From Leptogorgia sarmentosa (Eukaryota), in the NCBI GenBank assembly GCA_964658305.1, contig OZ210885.1:11346001-11410000 (forward strand): a stretch of DNA of 64,000 nucleotides, given 5' to 3'. Made by a program: the position numbers and the translations under genes. The notes under the pieces are model-generated. The model ran no database searches and was not told the origin of the DNA. It was given only the letters and a program-made list of their open reading frames with translations. Shown here piece by piece: positions 30,772 to 45,200 of the stretch (the first letter of the stretch is position 1; each line of letters starts with the position of its first letter).

Positions 30772-31706
30772 GGCCCGTGCACACGAGCGAGTTTTTGCTG
30801 GGATTTTCTCCTTCTGGTGGATGTGAACGAGTGGATTAACAAGGAATGTGCTGAGTGCGTGCTTTCTCACCCATTGAACTATATATAACTGGAAGGCTAC
30901 CTTCATATTAACGGGAGCGAAAAAATTGAAGCCAAAATTTTGCGTGGAATTACCCCCAGACACGCGTGTCTGGGGGGTAATTTCACGCGAGTTCAGCAAC
31001 GTGACATTCTCGCGCGGTATTCGGTAGAAAGGAGCGAACAAGTCAACAACATGTTTTCAAAAGGGAAAGTAGGAATTTGCGATGCGATAGAGAAGTGATT
31101 TTGCTGTTTTTTTACAGCTTCAAAGCCATTTCTAGTGGTATGAATACAGAAAAATTAAATTTTATGGCGATCAATTGAATTTCTGTAAGGTAAACTCGCC
31201 GAAAACAAACGATTGTGTCTCGATTAAAACGGATCTCATGTGCTTGACATATTGATTCGAAAGCTGGCTACAAATGGAATCACAACAGATTTTAGTCTAT
31301 GACTATACCATGGTCGCCTGTGGGCGAACAATTTTTGAAAAATGTCAAGAATAGACGAAAAATGACAGCCCGACATAGCAAAAGTGGCAAAACCTCAAAA
31401 GGCCACTTATCGCCGTTCGGGTTTTTTTACAAAAAGCGCTAGTTTTTTCAGGCAGTACCATACAAAATTTGGCAAAAACTGGTCATTATTATGAAAACCA
31501 AACATTCACCAAATTTATGTTACATATAAATGATTCACATCATGATTCACATATAAATGATTTGGCTTCAAGTTTCCGGCCGGAAGTAGCCTTCCAGTTT
31601 TATTTAGTTCAATGTTTCTCACCAGAACATTTGTGACTGATCTACTCGTTCACATCCGTCAAAAGGAGAAAATCGCACTAGAAATCGCAGCGAAATCGCT
31701 CCGGCC
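30772..31706. mobile_element. Harbinger-type MITE (outer element) containing a nested MITE
   Basis: TAA-GGCCCGTGCACACGAGCGA..TTTTCTCCTTCTGGTGGATGTGAACGAGT mirrored by ACTCGTTCACATCCGTCAAAAGGAGAAAATCGC..GGCC. Confidence 0.65.
30872..31614. mobile_element. Nested TIR element, CA..TG termini, 9-bp TSD
   Basis: TIR CATTGAACTATATATAACTGGAAGGCTAC / GTAGCCTTCCAGTTTTATTTAGTTCAATG; TTTCTCACC at 30863 and 31615. Confidence 0.8.
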
Positions 31707-32369
31707 TTCAGTCTGCAAACAAACTTATAAGGATCGATGGTCCAATGTTGTATCTGTAAAACAATGCTGATATGAAAAGATTTTAGAAAATACGACTAAG
31801 AGATAATGACGTCTGAAGTTCAGTAAGGTTTGCTGATAATGCTGTAAATGTGACGACCATTGCAAACATCATTGGTAATTTTACTTTTATTGACAAATAT
31901 TCTATAATAATTCCATAGTCATGTAAACCAGCAAATACAACTAAAAATTTACATTAAAGTTAAAACAAGATCATTTTCAAATATACAGTTGCCTCTTATG
32001 TTAATTGACGAATTGCTGAACATTTCCAGATATGTTCACCATTTAACTTATTCAGTGATACACAGCTATTTCCTGCTGAAGCCTGGACAAGTGTATCTTA
32101 ATTACTGACAGTAGGGATATTGAATAATGAATGAGGTAAAATGTAGAAAACATTGAATCAGAAATGATCTTAGAAAATATGATGCCTGCGTCTACTATCA
32201 AATTAATGACTTTCAAAAATTAAGTAACGCACCGATTCGAATGGTGGTTGTTTTGGTAAAGATAGTCATAGTCGAATATTAGTCTACAGGGTGTCCCAAA
32301 AAGCCCCAAAACCTTTGAAATTAGCGCATTGTTTGAATTTGAATGCCCCAGCACTAAGCTAACCCCTAA

Positions 32370-32576
32370 GATCCCGTTTACACGGCACCGGATCAGCTTG
32401 GTCACGACATCAAATTTAATTGTTTCAAGACGAGTGTGGCTCTTAATTAAATCTATGGTAATATTACAGAATTTAATAACCACTAATCATAGAATGTTTG
32501 GTTAGAGTAAAAATAACCTAAAACGCGACGAAATCATTGTCGTGACTACGTGAATCCAGTACCGTGAAACGGGGTC
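32370..32576. mobile_element. Harbinger-type MITE
   Basis: TAA-GATCCCGTTTACACGGCACCGGAT / ATCCAGTACCGTGAAACGGGGTC-TAA. Confidence 0.7.
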
Positions 32577-32906
32577 TAAGCTAAGCCAATTTTGCAAGCC
32601 ATTACATACTTTAGTCTATATTCAAATTTTGGTTTTAATCAATTCGGACGCACATTACAAGTATATCTCATTACAATTTCTTAATTACTTTTTACGAATT
32701 TTTTCGAGTTCAAACTGAAAGGGCTTTCAAATTCCAACAATGCATTAATTTCAATGGTTTTGGTTTTTTGAGTCTTTATTCTACTTTATATACATTTTAT
32801 AGTATTTTTCATTGCAAGAAATATTGATATTGTTACTCCACATACTGTATCCTTGTTTTCACGTTTAATATTCATTTCAGACAATGTTGGAATTTCTCTT
32901 AAGTCT

Positions 32907-33232
32907 TCAACCTTTTGGTTGCAGTTGTTTTGAATGCGAGGATAACTTATTAAGACGAAGGAAGCAGACCCGACCTCCTGCCAGGCCAACACAAACCATT
33001 CCATTTGAGCCACATGCAATCGCTAAAACATACCGGTCGAAATGAAACTCTTCAACACACTCTCCATTTGGTAGGTTCCACAGTTTCAGCCTCTTGTCTT
33101 CTTTCGAGCACGACAAAAGTAAGTCTCCTTCAGGCGCTAATGCCAACGCTCTGATATGTCGAGCATTTTTAATGGGAAATCTGTGGAGAACCTTTCCAGT
33201 TCTGAAGTTCTCAATCACCAAAGGACCATGAC
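32907..33232 (-). CDS. WD40 gene last exon
   Basis: HIRALALAPEGDLLLSCSKEDKRLKLWNL..GLAGGRVCFLRL; TGA stop. Confidence 0.88.
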
Positions 33233-36200
33233 CTAAAAGCGTGATTTAAAATTTTTAAACCTGTTAAGGCAATGTTACGCGAGGCAATTTTTTCGATCAA
33301 TTTTAGATTGATAGCCAAACAAACGAAATATTTTGATCGCAGTGCATACCCAATGTTCTTCTTTCACAAGACAATTTTGGTACAACGTGAGACGTATTTT
33401 AATTTGGATTTATAGCCATTTTATCGAACCGGAATTTCACGTGAATCAATTTTTGCCATCACTTGCGAGCTGATCTTGGAATGTTAGCCGTGTTATCTAA
33501 CGGCTGCGTTATACAGAATAATTATTTTGCCAATATTTGTGACGTGATTTTGATTGTGATTTATGCTTCATTGTGATTTATGTTGCAGGTATGTTACCCA
33601 TAGGAATTTGTCGCAACTGGCAATTCAATTTCGAGGACCGAACCGCCTCTTCAACGCTACACTTTCTGATCGACTCCAGAAACTACAAAATAGGGCAGCT
33701 AGAGTGATTACTGGCCGTAAAAACGAACACGGTCAATCTGAACTTGCTCTGGACGAATTGAAATGGAAACCTTTAAATGAGCGCAGAGCACATTTCGTAG
33801 CAAGTCTTATGTATAAAATAACCCATGAACTAGCGCCAAAACGACTAATCGATCTTTTTCAAGGGACGCCTTCCTCTTATTACTACAATATGCGAGGCTC
33901 TTCCACCAAACTCTTTTTGCCCAAACCTAAGACTGAATATCTTAAAAAAAGTCTTAGCTACAGAGGAGCAAAATTGTGGAATAGCCTTCCAGATGAAGCA
34001 AGAAACAAATTTTCTCTTGCTTCATTTAATTCATATATACGTCACCTGGCCAATTAATTAATTAATTAGCTTATTAGAATTATTCAGCCTCTAGAATTTT
34101 ATTAACATTAATTTAACATGTAAACAATTATATATTAGCCGTTTTCTGTAAATGTATTGTAATGTTTGTCAACAGTATTGTAATGCATGACCATAATTTG
34201 TATCAATTAATTGTATTTTTTTTTAACTATCTAAATCTACGCCCCCCTTGGAAACCAGCTTTTGCTGTAGGGGTAAGCGTAGTCAAATAAAGTTTTACCT
34301 ACCTACCTACCTACTTTTATGCTTTTAATAGAAATTAGTAATAGGTGCGGGCGTAAATTTAGGGATGCGCGTCTTGACACCTCAACTTTCCCGCAAGTGT
34401 CAAAATTGCCCGCGCGTCTTTGACTTGAGCCCGCACAAATTCCTAATTTCTATTAAAAGCATAAAGCGCCTGTGGGGGAGGTAGGGTCCAGAGGTCACGT
34501 TATATAAGTTTCTGTCTCAGAAATTGTTCACGTATACTGCAACCAAACTCGCTTTTCACAATTCTTTACATAACATATTAATTAGGGAATATTAGTAGAG
34601 TAAACAGGGACTTATCTGCAAATATTTTCAGCGAGTCTCGTCAAAATAACATAGCTAGCTTTAAATCCGACGTTTCGTAACATGCAGCTAAAACTGCCTG
34701 ATCCAAGGGTCAATTAGTCAGGGAATATTGCTGACCCATACAGCCGATGTGGAAACATGCCTATCTATCAGGTGATCTCAATACACGAAGAAGGACTAGA
34801 TGTCGCGTAGCATACCATTTTTCGATTGAAACAAATGAATTTCTGCTATTTCGATTCCATTTTTTTGTCAGAGCTATAGGTCTCATAACCAAACATAATT
34901 ACGAAATTTCAACTAGTTTCATACAGAACAACGGAAGATATAATCAAGTGAATATAGCGAAATGGATTTCTCTTCGGACAACTCTTTCTGAGAGCTGACA
35001 GGCTAAGACACGAACCACTGAGCTAAAGAAAGACTGCAAAGAGTGCTCGTATCGATTTTCTCATAAAAGAGTGAGGCTTAATTGCAGGATTCGCATAATC
35101 CAGTGTTTCTCAGATCAGTGGGTGGTCTATCAACGTCAGGTCTTCCAACTTGCCTTGGGTTTTTATTTTCCTGGGTGAAAATTGCCGGACAGACTTAGTA
35201 CCCTCGCCAGGCCTTACGCTCGTACGCTCGTGGGAAATACATACGGACTAGGCTGTGGGTAATGCTCAAAGTTTACGTGCGAATACTTGTTAGATAACAT
35301 AGTTGCAAGTCAAACGGGTAATGCACGTTGTGTTACGTGAGGTTAAGCCTACTGGAATGCGGTATATTCGCATGGGAGGTTTCGCATTCGGATGTTCAAA
35401 ATGAAGCATATTCGCATGTTACTTTCATTGCTTGGATAATTTCTTGTTGGTTTGAAAAGTCTCGTGTCCAGGCAGTTGTGCAGTGGACGGGGAAACAAGG
35501 GCGTGGACGGAATGTCGGAGAGTAAGGCTGTGCTGATACTCGAAGAATTGCGCAACCACACGTTGTTGCAATTGAGATTAAAAAATGAAATAAATTACCT
35601 AAAATAGCCACATGGCTGCCAGAATTGTTCACCCTTAAAACTCTTCTGGTAAAATATTCAGAACGCTCGTCGTACCGCTCTTCGTTCAGTTTCCACTTTC
35701 TGACCGACGTTTCCTCTTCAGCTCCATTATCAACTCCCCTCTTGTAAGAACTAACACCAAAGAGGAAGTTCTGGACCACGCGAATTGTTTCAATTCTATC
35801 CCTCACATGTGATGTGTAACCATGCACAATTCCTTTGGCATTTATCCGCTCAACCTGTCAAAATAATAATTTACTGCTTAATACAACATTGTTGCATTCG
35901 TTATTTTCTCAGCAAAATAAGATGAACGTCTTCCGATTGTTAACACTTATTATTAGTATGCATATTAAATTAAAAAGTTCCGATGAAAGTTTGTTTGCTT
36001 CGTTGCGTGAAACTGCTTGAAACGTAACAAAGTAATTGAAGAAATTACCTCCAGAATTGGAATTGTTGAATTTAATTTACACATGCAGTATGGCGTTTCC
36101 CAATTATCGTATCAGAATTCAGCAGTTATGTTTCGTAAAATTATGCTGCTAAATTACTGTAATATGTGCGAAGCACGAGTGGTATTCCAACAAACATATA

Positions 36201-39200
36201 TGCAATTAATACTGCATTGTTTTGGTTGTTTTTAAAATAAACGCCGGCTCGGAACGGTGTAATTAATAAAAATAGTTAGTACACGCCTCTGTAATTAATG
36301 TTTAATTCGTACAGTTCTTGAAAGTTTTGACAATCAACGGAATTGACCACAATGATATAAAAATAAGAATTAACTGTATTCACAATGTTGATCTTTTCAA
36401 ATAGTTTATTACGCACCGGGTTAACTTGTTACCCATGCAAGAAGGATGCAGTGGCATTGGTGTTTACTTCAGTTAAATATGATGCGTTGAATTATATAAT
36501 TCGCTCCATAATTTACGTCTTGGTATATCTATTTTCCCAGTAAATTGCTGTAACACGTTAGATTTTAGATTAACTTTGGTGTCCGCCGTACGAAATTTTC
36601 TCCTTCTATTCAGACATTTTTTTTTGTATACCCTTTCCTTTTTCTATGACTCAAATATAAATATTTTTGTTTATTCAGTCATATGTTGTTATTTTTCTCT
36701 TACCTTGTTTTTAGACTTAGTTCGGGAAGGCATGTGCCCCGTTTTTCCTGCTTGTGGATCAAACTTTACGTTATACAAGATTTAATTTCTTTCTGTAAGA
36801 ATTATTTCTTTGTCAAACTTGCAGATCGTTGAAATTTTTGTAAGTGTAAAGCAGTTTATAATATTCCAGTAATTTGACTATAAGGCTGGTGGCTTTTATA
36901 GTGCTACATTTATTGGATGAAATTGATTCCGAACACACATGTCATGCATAAGGCTTTATTTCTATAATGTAATTATATGTGAATTCTAGGAAATATATCA
37001 ATTTTTATTGAACTTGTGACAAAGGTGTGTGTTTTATAATGCTTTCCGGACAGAAATCCATTTTGCTAAATTCACTCAATTATATCTTTTGTTTTTCTGT
37101 ATTAAACTATAGTTAAAATTTTGTAATTATGTTTGGTTATGAGAACTTTTGCCCTGACAAAAATATGGAAATGAAATAAAGTATATTATGCGAGATTTCA
37201 ATCGAAAAATGGATTTGAATTTGACAACTAGTCTCAGTCTTTTTCCGTGTATTGAGATCATCTTGATGTGGACAATATCAGTAATTAATGTACTTATGAA
37301 TATAAACTCAACATAGAAATCTCAGACAGACTTGTATGGATGGGAAAGGTATATTGCGCCAACCGGGGAATTTCAATATCAGCTTGAGGCTGGGGACATT
37401 TTGCATACTGCACAACAATGAGCACTATTTACGTTCTTTATTTTTTGACGCTAAAAGCGATGCAAGCCTAACCCTAACACAAAAGATTCCGATTATTACA
37501 AAAATATGATATAGTAATAAAACTACATGACCATATGAAACCATGATACAGAAAATCAAGATATTTTGAAACTTTATTCAATGATTTTTAACCCAAAATA
37601 CATTTCATACTATCTATAGCTCTATAGTTGTTGTTTTCCCAAGTCGAGTAGTTTTATAACATAGATACCAAAGTTAGATACCAAAAAACACACAGTATAA
37701 GAGTGAGATATTTTCCATTTGTTCATTTGTGAAGATATCGATCACGTGATCGTTTCCCGGCAATAAATTTGAGTTTTTAAAATGGCGACGTTAGTGCAAG
37801 AGCCGCGAACCAATCTTCATTGTAGTTTAATAAATAAAAGAACATGCTTTTGACGAAAAAATGAAAATAGTACAGAAAAAAGTAAAATGATCCACAGGTT
37901 ATCTTTAAATTTCGATATGATGTAATTAGCTGAAATTTTTAATTTTGAAATAATCAGTTTTACTGACTGGGGGTTATTAATATTTGCGACTGTATAATAA
38001 AGAGTCGTAAAATATTGTTTTCGCGCCAACAACAATGTTGCAATGTTTGTACCGATACATTGCAAAGTGTAGTCTACAAGAACGAAAGTTTAGGCAATCA
38101 ATTTTGATATTCCTCATCTCAGTAAGTGCTCAATTGCAATTCAAAACGACATTGACAATTTAAAGACATGGACAGAATAAGTTGTATGTAAGTGGTTTTA
38201 TACAAAGGGTAAACTTGGTCAAAAGAAAGCCACATATTTCGAAAAGCAATCGCAAGACGCGACAACATGAATAAATTTGAAGGAGATATTTAAAATATGC
38301 CATATCGTATGTCGCCCAGTTGAATTCCATTGCAATTTGATATTTGGAATGCGCTATATTTATGAAAGCTTATATCAAGTCTTCAACGCACAACCTCGCG
38401 TTTCAGAAATCAGTACTTTCGGAAAAACAGTCGCGGTAATTGCTAGCGGAATACTATTTTGTACTTGCAAGGTGACACATATTCGGGACAGATCCAACAA
38501 GTCGCGCATTAACAAGTTTGTACCACCGCGCTGGTACCTTGAGCGCAAATACATGTACACTTGTGTACCTATTTTTAAATAAATGTAGTGTCATGCAGAT
38601 GTACGAGACTGCAGAGTATATTAAACTACCTAGGCTAACTGAACGCGTGTTTTCGGAAATTTTTCGCGCTTTTATTAGTTTAGGCAATATTTAACAATTG
38701 GACAACGAGACCGAGTAGGTAGGAACAAACTCAGGTAGCGTGTTTAACCATACGGACAGATCTAATCTTAATGCGATTCTCGCCATGGAATCTGTAACAA
38801 TGAAATGCACACCATGTTTTTCTTTTTTTTTACACTTTCCACAGTGCACAAAACATGGATCAGCGAAAAAAAAACATGCACACGACTTCAACACCACCAT
38901 TCATTTTGCTGTGTTCTTCCAGTCAAGGGCTGAACTAGGGGCTTTCTTCCAAATTTGTCTCCCGATTTCTAAGATAATGCTTGGAACAAAGTTAATTCAC
39001 TCTAGAAGCGCTTCACAACTGATGAGCACGGTATGTGTTATTTTTCATGCACTGCAAAAAGTGCAGCTCAACTACAACAAATATTAAGCCCTAAAAATAA
39101 CGTTTGACAATCTTGTTCGGTAAAGAGAAATCACGAAATTTAAATTGCAGCCCAACCTACAACAAGTAACACGTCCAAAAATTACATTTGAAAATCTTGT

Positions 39201-42200
39201 TTGGAAAATGATAAACATACCTTTTTGCCAGAAACAACTATGATATCATCCGAGCAGGGCACGAATTCAAACGCGGTAATGGGATCTGAACAAATGTTGT
39301 AATGTGACCATATTAACGTCGGCAAGTTTTCTTCAACATTCCAAAGCTTCACAGACCCACCGATAGACCCCGATGCAAAGCGACGTGAACGATCATGACC
39401 TCCTAGCTCGCCTCTAACTTGAGAAATGCCATCCTTGTGTGCTGGGAACTTCAACTGCGAGTTATTGTTAAGATGAAACCATAACAGTTCTCCGTCATCA
39501 CAACCAAGCAATGCATAGTTTGAACCAAGAGCAGTAATGCAAGTGACTTTAACGTCTGGTTGACCCAAATTAATGCTGGCCTCGATATCATTAAAAGTTC
39601 TAAGTTCGATTCTGTTTACCTCGTCAACAAAAACGAAACGGACATCATCACTTAATAAGCAGACAAAACGTATGGCGAGTCCAGATTCGGTCTTTGCGAA
39701 TTGAACTATTTTAGAACACTCTATGTCGACCAGCGACAATGTTCCCGAACTGCTTCCAGACAGAGCAAATTTCCCATTTGATGTGATGTCAATTGCTGTA
39801 ACTATCGAGTCGTCAGGGTGACCTGCAAGAAGGAAGTAAAATTTTTATTTGAAGTATTCAAGTATGCCACGCTTCAGCGGTATAGCCTGCCAATCATCGA
39901 AAAATATCCTTCAGACGACAAGTAATCTTTACAGGCGCAGCAATAGAAATTTTATTCAAATCCAGGTAGGAAAATGCATCGCTGATATCGAAAACGCAAA
40001 AGTAAGTCATTCACTGTTGTGAATAAAAGACTAGTATACTGTAATAAAGGTCGTTTTCCATTACAGTCGTTTTGCCCGCGGGGGCGGAGCGAACGATTTA
40101 AACTTCGTCAATAATCCGTCGTGCGTGCACGCCAAGAATGTTGAACGTAGTTCCACTTCTAAGCGTCTCCGCGGGTGCAAAATTAGACAGAGAACGCTCG
40201 GATTAGACACCTATAGCAAAAGTTGAAACATGTTCGCCGTGCGGGCAAAGCGACTGCAATGGAAAACTGCCGTAAATCACACCCATTTCATCCGAAATTC
40301 AATCACTTTCACCTGATAAATAGTACGTACATATTGGACGAACTTTAATTTGAATGGCCATAATGTTTTTATTGTTCCCAATCATTGCAGTTATACTAAT
40401 TTTGACACACTTTTACACATTGTAAATGTTTTACACATTTTGTTTCTTTACTTATTTTCAAATTTTTGAGATCGCTATGGATTTCTCTATTATGTATACG
40501 TTTACTCTGGACTAAAAACTGGCAGTGGGCTGAGAACAGTCTCACACTAAGCTCACGGAAAGACAGTTTAGTAGAACATAACTTCAGTGTCAAAATGACA
40601 GCTAATCCCCCAAAACGTCAGCTGAGGTTTAAATCTTGAGGTATGTTCGCACAGCGCGACTAGTTAGGCTCGTTTTAGACGTCTAATTTTCGTCAAATTC
40701 AAACAATGAGGCAAGTAATCTCATGAATGAAACGGGCTTCAACTTTATTTGGAAATCAGCAGATAAAAGCGGCCGAAAAATGGCCTGAGAAATTGCAATG
40801 TGTTGACATCCTTCATGTCGTGAAGGCACATGGATGGGAAACTTACTGTAGCAAAATACCCGTTTAGAAAAAGATGAGATCAAAAATAGCAAGTTGAAAT
40901 TTTTGAAATCTCGTAGCTTTGGTATTCTTTCGCTACATGCAACACGACCTAAAAACGGATACAGGTTTGTAGAAACTCGTGACGAAACCGTTTTAATTGT
41001 ATTCTCCGTAACCTTTAATGCATAATCAGAACAGAAAATAGCCTGTAAAGCTAGCCATGCAAGACAATTTCAGAGCTAACACGTAAATCGAATTCAATAT
41101 TTGACTCATTCGCCAGTGAATGCATTGGTTTTTCGGGAAAAATATATTCTCATTTAAAACGGATATTTCACACATATAAATTATTGTGTGTATGAATATA
41201 GTAAAAATCCTGTAGTCGCATCAAAGACTTAAAAGTATTTAGAATTTTCAAATAGTCCTTGATTTACCCACCTGCATTATGGTCGATCCAACTCCAAGTT
41301 GAAAGTTTCCGGTGGAGAAACGCATTTTTCCGAAGCGAGCCAAACAAAAGATCTTTGCCGTCGGGTGATATTACAGGTGCGACACTCGGCCGCTGACGTA
41401 CAGTCGATACTTGTAGTGAGTCGAGATTGATTTCACAAATATGCATATCCAGGTTGCATGTGTAAATCATGTTGCGATCGCATGCTATTTCCACTGTATA
41501 GGACGCGGGTAAAATGACTTCTTTCAAAGACGCATCAGGGTTTTGCCAGTCCCAGATGAACACATGGCTATCTTTGCATCCAATTATAACTTGCAACCCA
41601 TCAGAACTAAAGCGAACAATCTCAGGTGTGCCATCGCGATAAATTCCATTGATCACACTGCCATCGGACAAATTCCACACCTTGAAAAATCAAAGGAAAA
41701 GTTGAATATTCTGTATGAAGCGCAACACGCGCGTAAAACTTGTGACTGTTTTATTTATCAAAACTAATTGTGAATATTATCACTAACAAACAGAATAGGT
41801 TTCGTTACTTATATTATGCGTGCTACTCAAAGCTATTACTGAAAGTCAGTTTTCAAAGATGTAGATAGAGCATAAAAAGTTAGTTAATACGTTCCTGTCG
41901 TTCCAGATTAGATTTTGTGTTTTATTTTCCAAAATATACGTACACCGAGCAATAATATGACTGGACAAAGCTTCTGTAATGCATAAATAAACCAATGGTG
42001 GTCATATTGGTCTGAATAAATTTCCTCCAAAAATGGCGTCTTTTTCCTTTTAAATTTGGCCGTGATGCGACCATGCATGTTTGATCGATTTCACTCGTTT
42101 TAGTATTTCATCTCATTACAAATTTTCTAACTTCAAAATTATTGACTGAATTGAACAGGATGATAAATTCAGTAGCTACTTCGAGATCAGTGGGTTAAAG

Positions 42201-45200
42201 GGCTCGAATCTGCTAACTGTTTTTCGATGTTTGATCGATTTCATTCATTTTAGTATTTCATCTCATTACAAATTTTCTAACCTTAAAATTATTGACTGAA
42301 TTGAACAGGATGATAAATTCAGTACAAGAGTCTACTAACTACCTAAATAACATAAACAGATTTTACGTTTCGAGCAAGGCCCTTCGCTGTGATCGAATAT
42401 TGTGTTAAACTAATTCCCGACGAGGTCCCTTTTGCTGGAAACGTCAAATCCGTTTGTATCCCGTCTATGTATTGAGAAGAACTTTATTTGTTGTTAATGT
42501 TGCCATCTGCTACCTACACTGGTCACATATTCATACTTCAATTATTATCTATCGTGGGTTATGTGTACGTTGACTTGAAATCGTCATCATATAGGTCTGA
42601 ATGAAGTTGATGTATAGTTTGTCTTAAATCATGCATGAGAATCCATAACACATGGTAAATTAGTAACTTACTGAATCTGTCGAAATTTAAAGCTGTTTAT
42701 GAAATTAAAAGCCAATGCTTCAATGCTCGTATCCATATACTGATATACAATTTTACTAAGACTATTTTTAATATTAAAATATAACTTACTTCAAACAGTC
42801 ATTCTTATGTTTTCTTATTATGTATTATATGTAAATGTACATTTCTTTCGGTTCCGCGGTTTAAAATATGTCAGTACGAAGTCCTGGAATGGATTAAATG
42901 TGAAGTTACAGGTTTCAAAACAAAGCGCAAAACACGGATGTCGTGCAGTTTAAGCCAGTTTAAGAACACATCTGATATAGCATCAGAAATCAAAGTTATA
43001 GTTTATGCCAATCAACCGAAATCTGTGTATTACATTTTATTTTTTTGTAAATCAGCAGCGGGCGGAATCCAAGCGTTTTCTGCAATCTGATTGGCTGCAG
43101 CAGCGGGCGGAATTTTACGATATCTTGACCACGGTCCGGAATCCTAAATTCGTAATGGCCGAAGCAAATAAAATATCCTTTGCATGTTTGTTTTAATGGC
43201 AAAAAAATGCAATATATATCGAAAATCTGCAGTTTATCCTGACTTAAATTCATCCTTTTTAATAAAATACTATGACCAGTTGATTTACATAAGTTTAAAG
43301 TTAATTTCACTTCTATATTTTTATAAATAATTTTTAGTACGAAGAAACATTTTCGGCGAAATATTTCGGTGTCGTATTAAAGCATATTTAACCGTGTTTT
43401 TATCGTGTAATGTAAAAGAAGATAAATAATTTCAATAAATTTACCTTTTTGATTGTCATGTTGAGTGAAAAGGCAGCAATTGTACTAAAACTGAAGGTTT
43501 TTTTTCACTTCGTCTTGGCTGTTTAGCAGCAATACTTGCGATAGAGTAACAAAGTAAACAAACACAACTGATCTCAAATCTAGTTCGCTACATTGGAATT
43601 TCTTATGAGTTTGATAATAGCATTGCGCAGCAAAAAAATAAATCCGTTATTTACCGTTTAGGTCGGTCCGGATAGAAAAATATTTTGTCGAGGTCTCAAA
43701 AACGGCCCGAGGCCGAAGGCCTCGGGCCGTTTTTGAGACCTCGACAAAATATTTTTCTATCCGGACCTCCCAGCCGGTAAATAACATATATATACTGACA
43801 CCTGCACGCTGATGATTTCCTCTGTGTTTTCTTCATAATTATTAATGTATTTCACAAGTATATGTACCCATGTTTTGTAAAAATTGTATACATTCCTAAT
43901 AATGAATACGCCGAGTCGAAACGTGGAACAAACAATTCAAAAAATTTCTTGTGTTCGGACGTTTCTATTGTTTTGTATTTCTATATGCACAGTATGGCTA
44001 GTAGCCTTGTGTACTACACCTTTATCGAGGACTTCCTTAAGAATAAGATATCCGCATCCTTTGACAGCGACACGACATATTGATCATCAGCAGAGACTGC
44101 AACATGTTTTGCCCATTCAAGGTCACCTATTGATCAGGAAGGAAAAATAATCAATTCAGAAATTGAAGCAAACATTAAAAGGATATTTTCTGTAACAGTC
44201 ACAAATAGGTGCGTGATCATGTTGGACGCGTTATTAAAATTAATGTAAAAATCTTTGCAATTTAAGGATTTATATACAATGAAAAGAAAACTCATGAGTA
44301 GTGGATTAAATAATGTATCTAATATAACATGGTAATTTAACAAGCAGCAAAATCTCCACTCACCAACTGAACGATAGGCAGTGAATTTGTTTTCTAACGT
44401 TTAGGTAGTAGCTAAGTAGAACTTTTGCTGCTTGTTGATGTTATTATATCCGGAACCTACACTGGTCGCATATTGAACCTTATTCTAGTGGACCATAAAC
44501 TATGAAAAGAATGGACTGGAAACGCACGCTGAAACGGCACAACAACCGTGATACGCTTTATGTGGAACCCTGTAACTTCACGTTAAATCCATTCCAAGAC
44601 TTCGTATTGACATATTTCGAACCAGAAGAGAAATGACTGTGCATGTATCGACTGTTCAAGTATTTTCGGGGTTGAACAAGGCAAAAAATCACCGTAGAAT
44701 GTTTCATATATTACACTGTTTTAATAACCCTATATAATGGCGATATTTCGGTAATTAAGAATTAAGGTTTCTTTAAAACTTTGTATAGATGTAACATCCC
44801 ACGAAATGTTGTTAATTAACCACTCCTGCCTATGACTGTAGTTAAAAATGAAGTACCCTCTCGACCACGTCGCCGTCGACAAAATATTATTAAACAATTA
44901 TTGAATGAGGTCGAGTAGGATATGAGGAATTATTAAGGCCGAGGTTTGTGTTATTTGTCGAAGCCGAAGGCTGAGGCAAATAACACAAACCGAGGCCTTA
45001 ATAATTCAGCATATCCTACGAGAACCGAATTCAATAATTGTTTTATTATTTATTTGTATCTTTATCAGACTTAGGGTAAACGCATTGTACACAAGAACCG
45101 TGCTTTGAGAAACCCATTTGTATTTTTCAGCTTTTGGCATAAGCAGCATAAATTAGTTGACGTCATAATGTCATATAATTTTCAATATACGACATAATTA

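Noticed and set aside
33563..34057. 164-aa ORF as a host gene nested in the intron
   Set aside because: It is the C-terminus of a LINE ORF2 fused to unrelated upstream sequence
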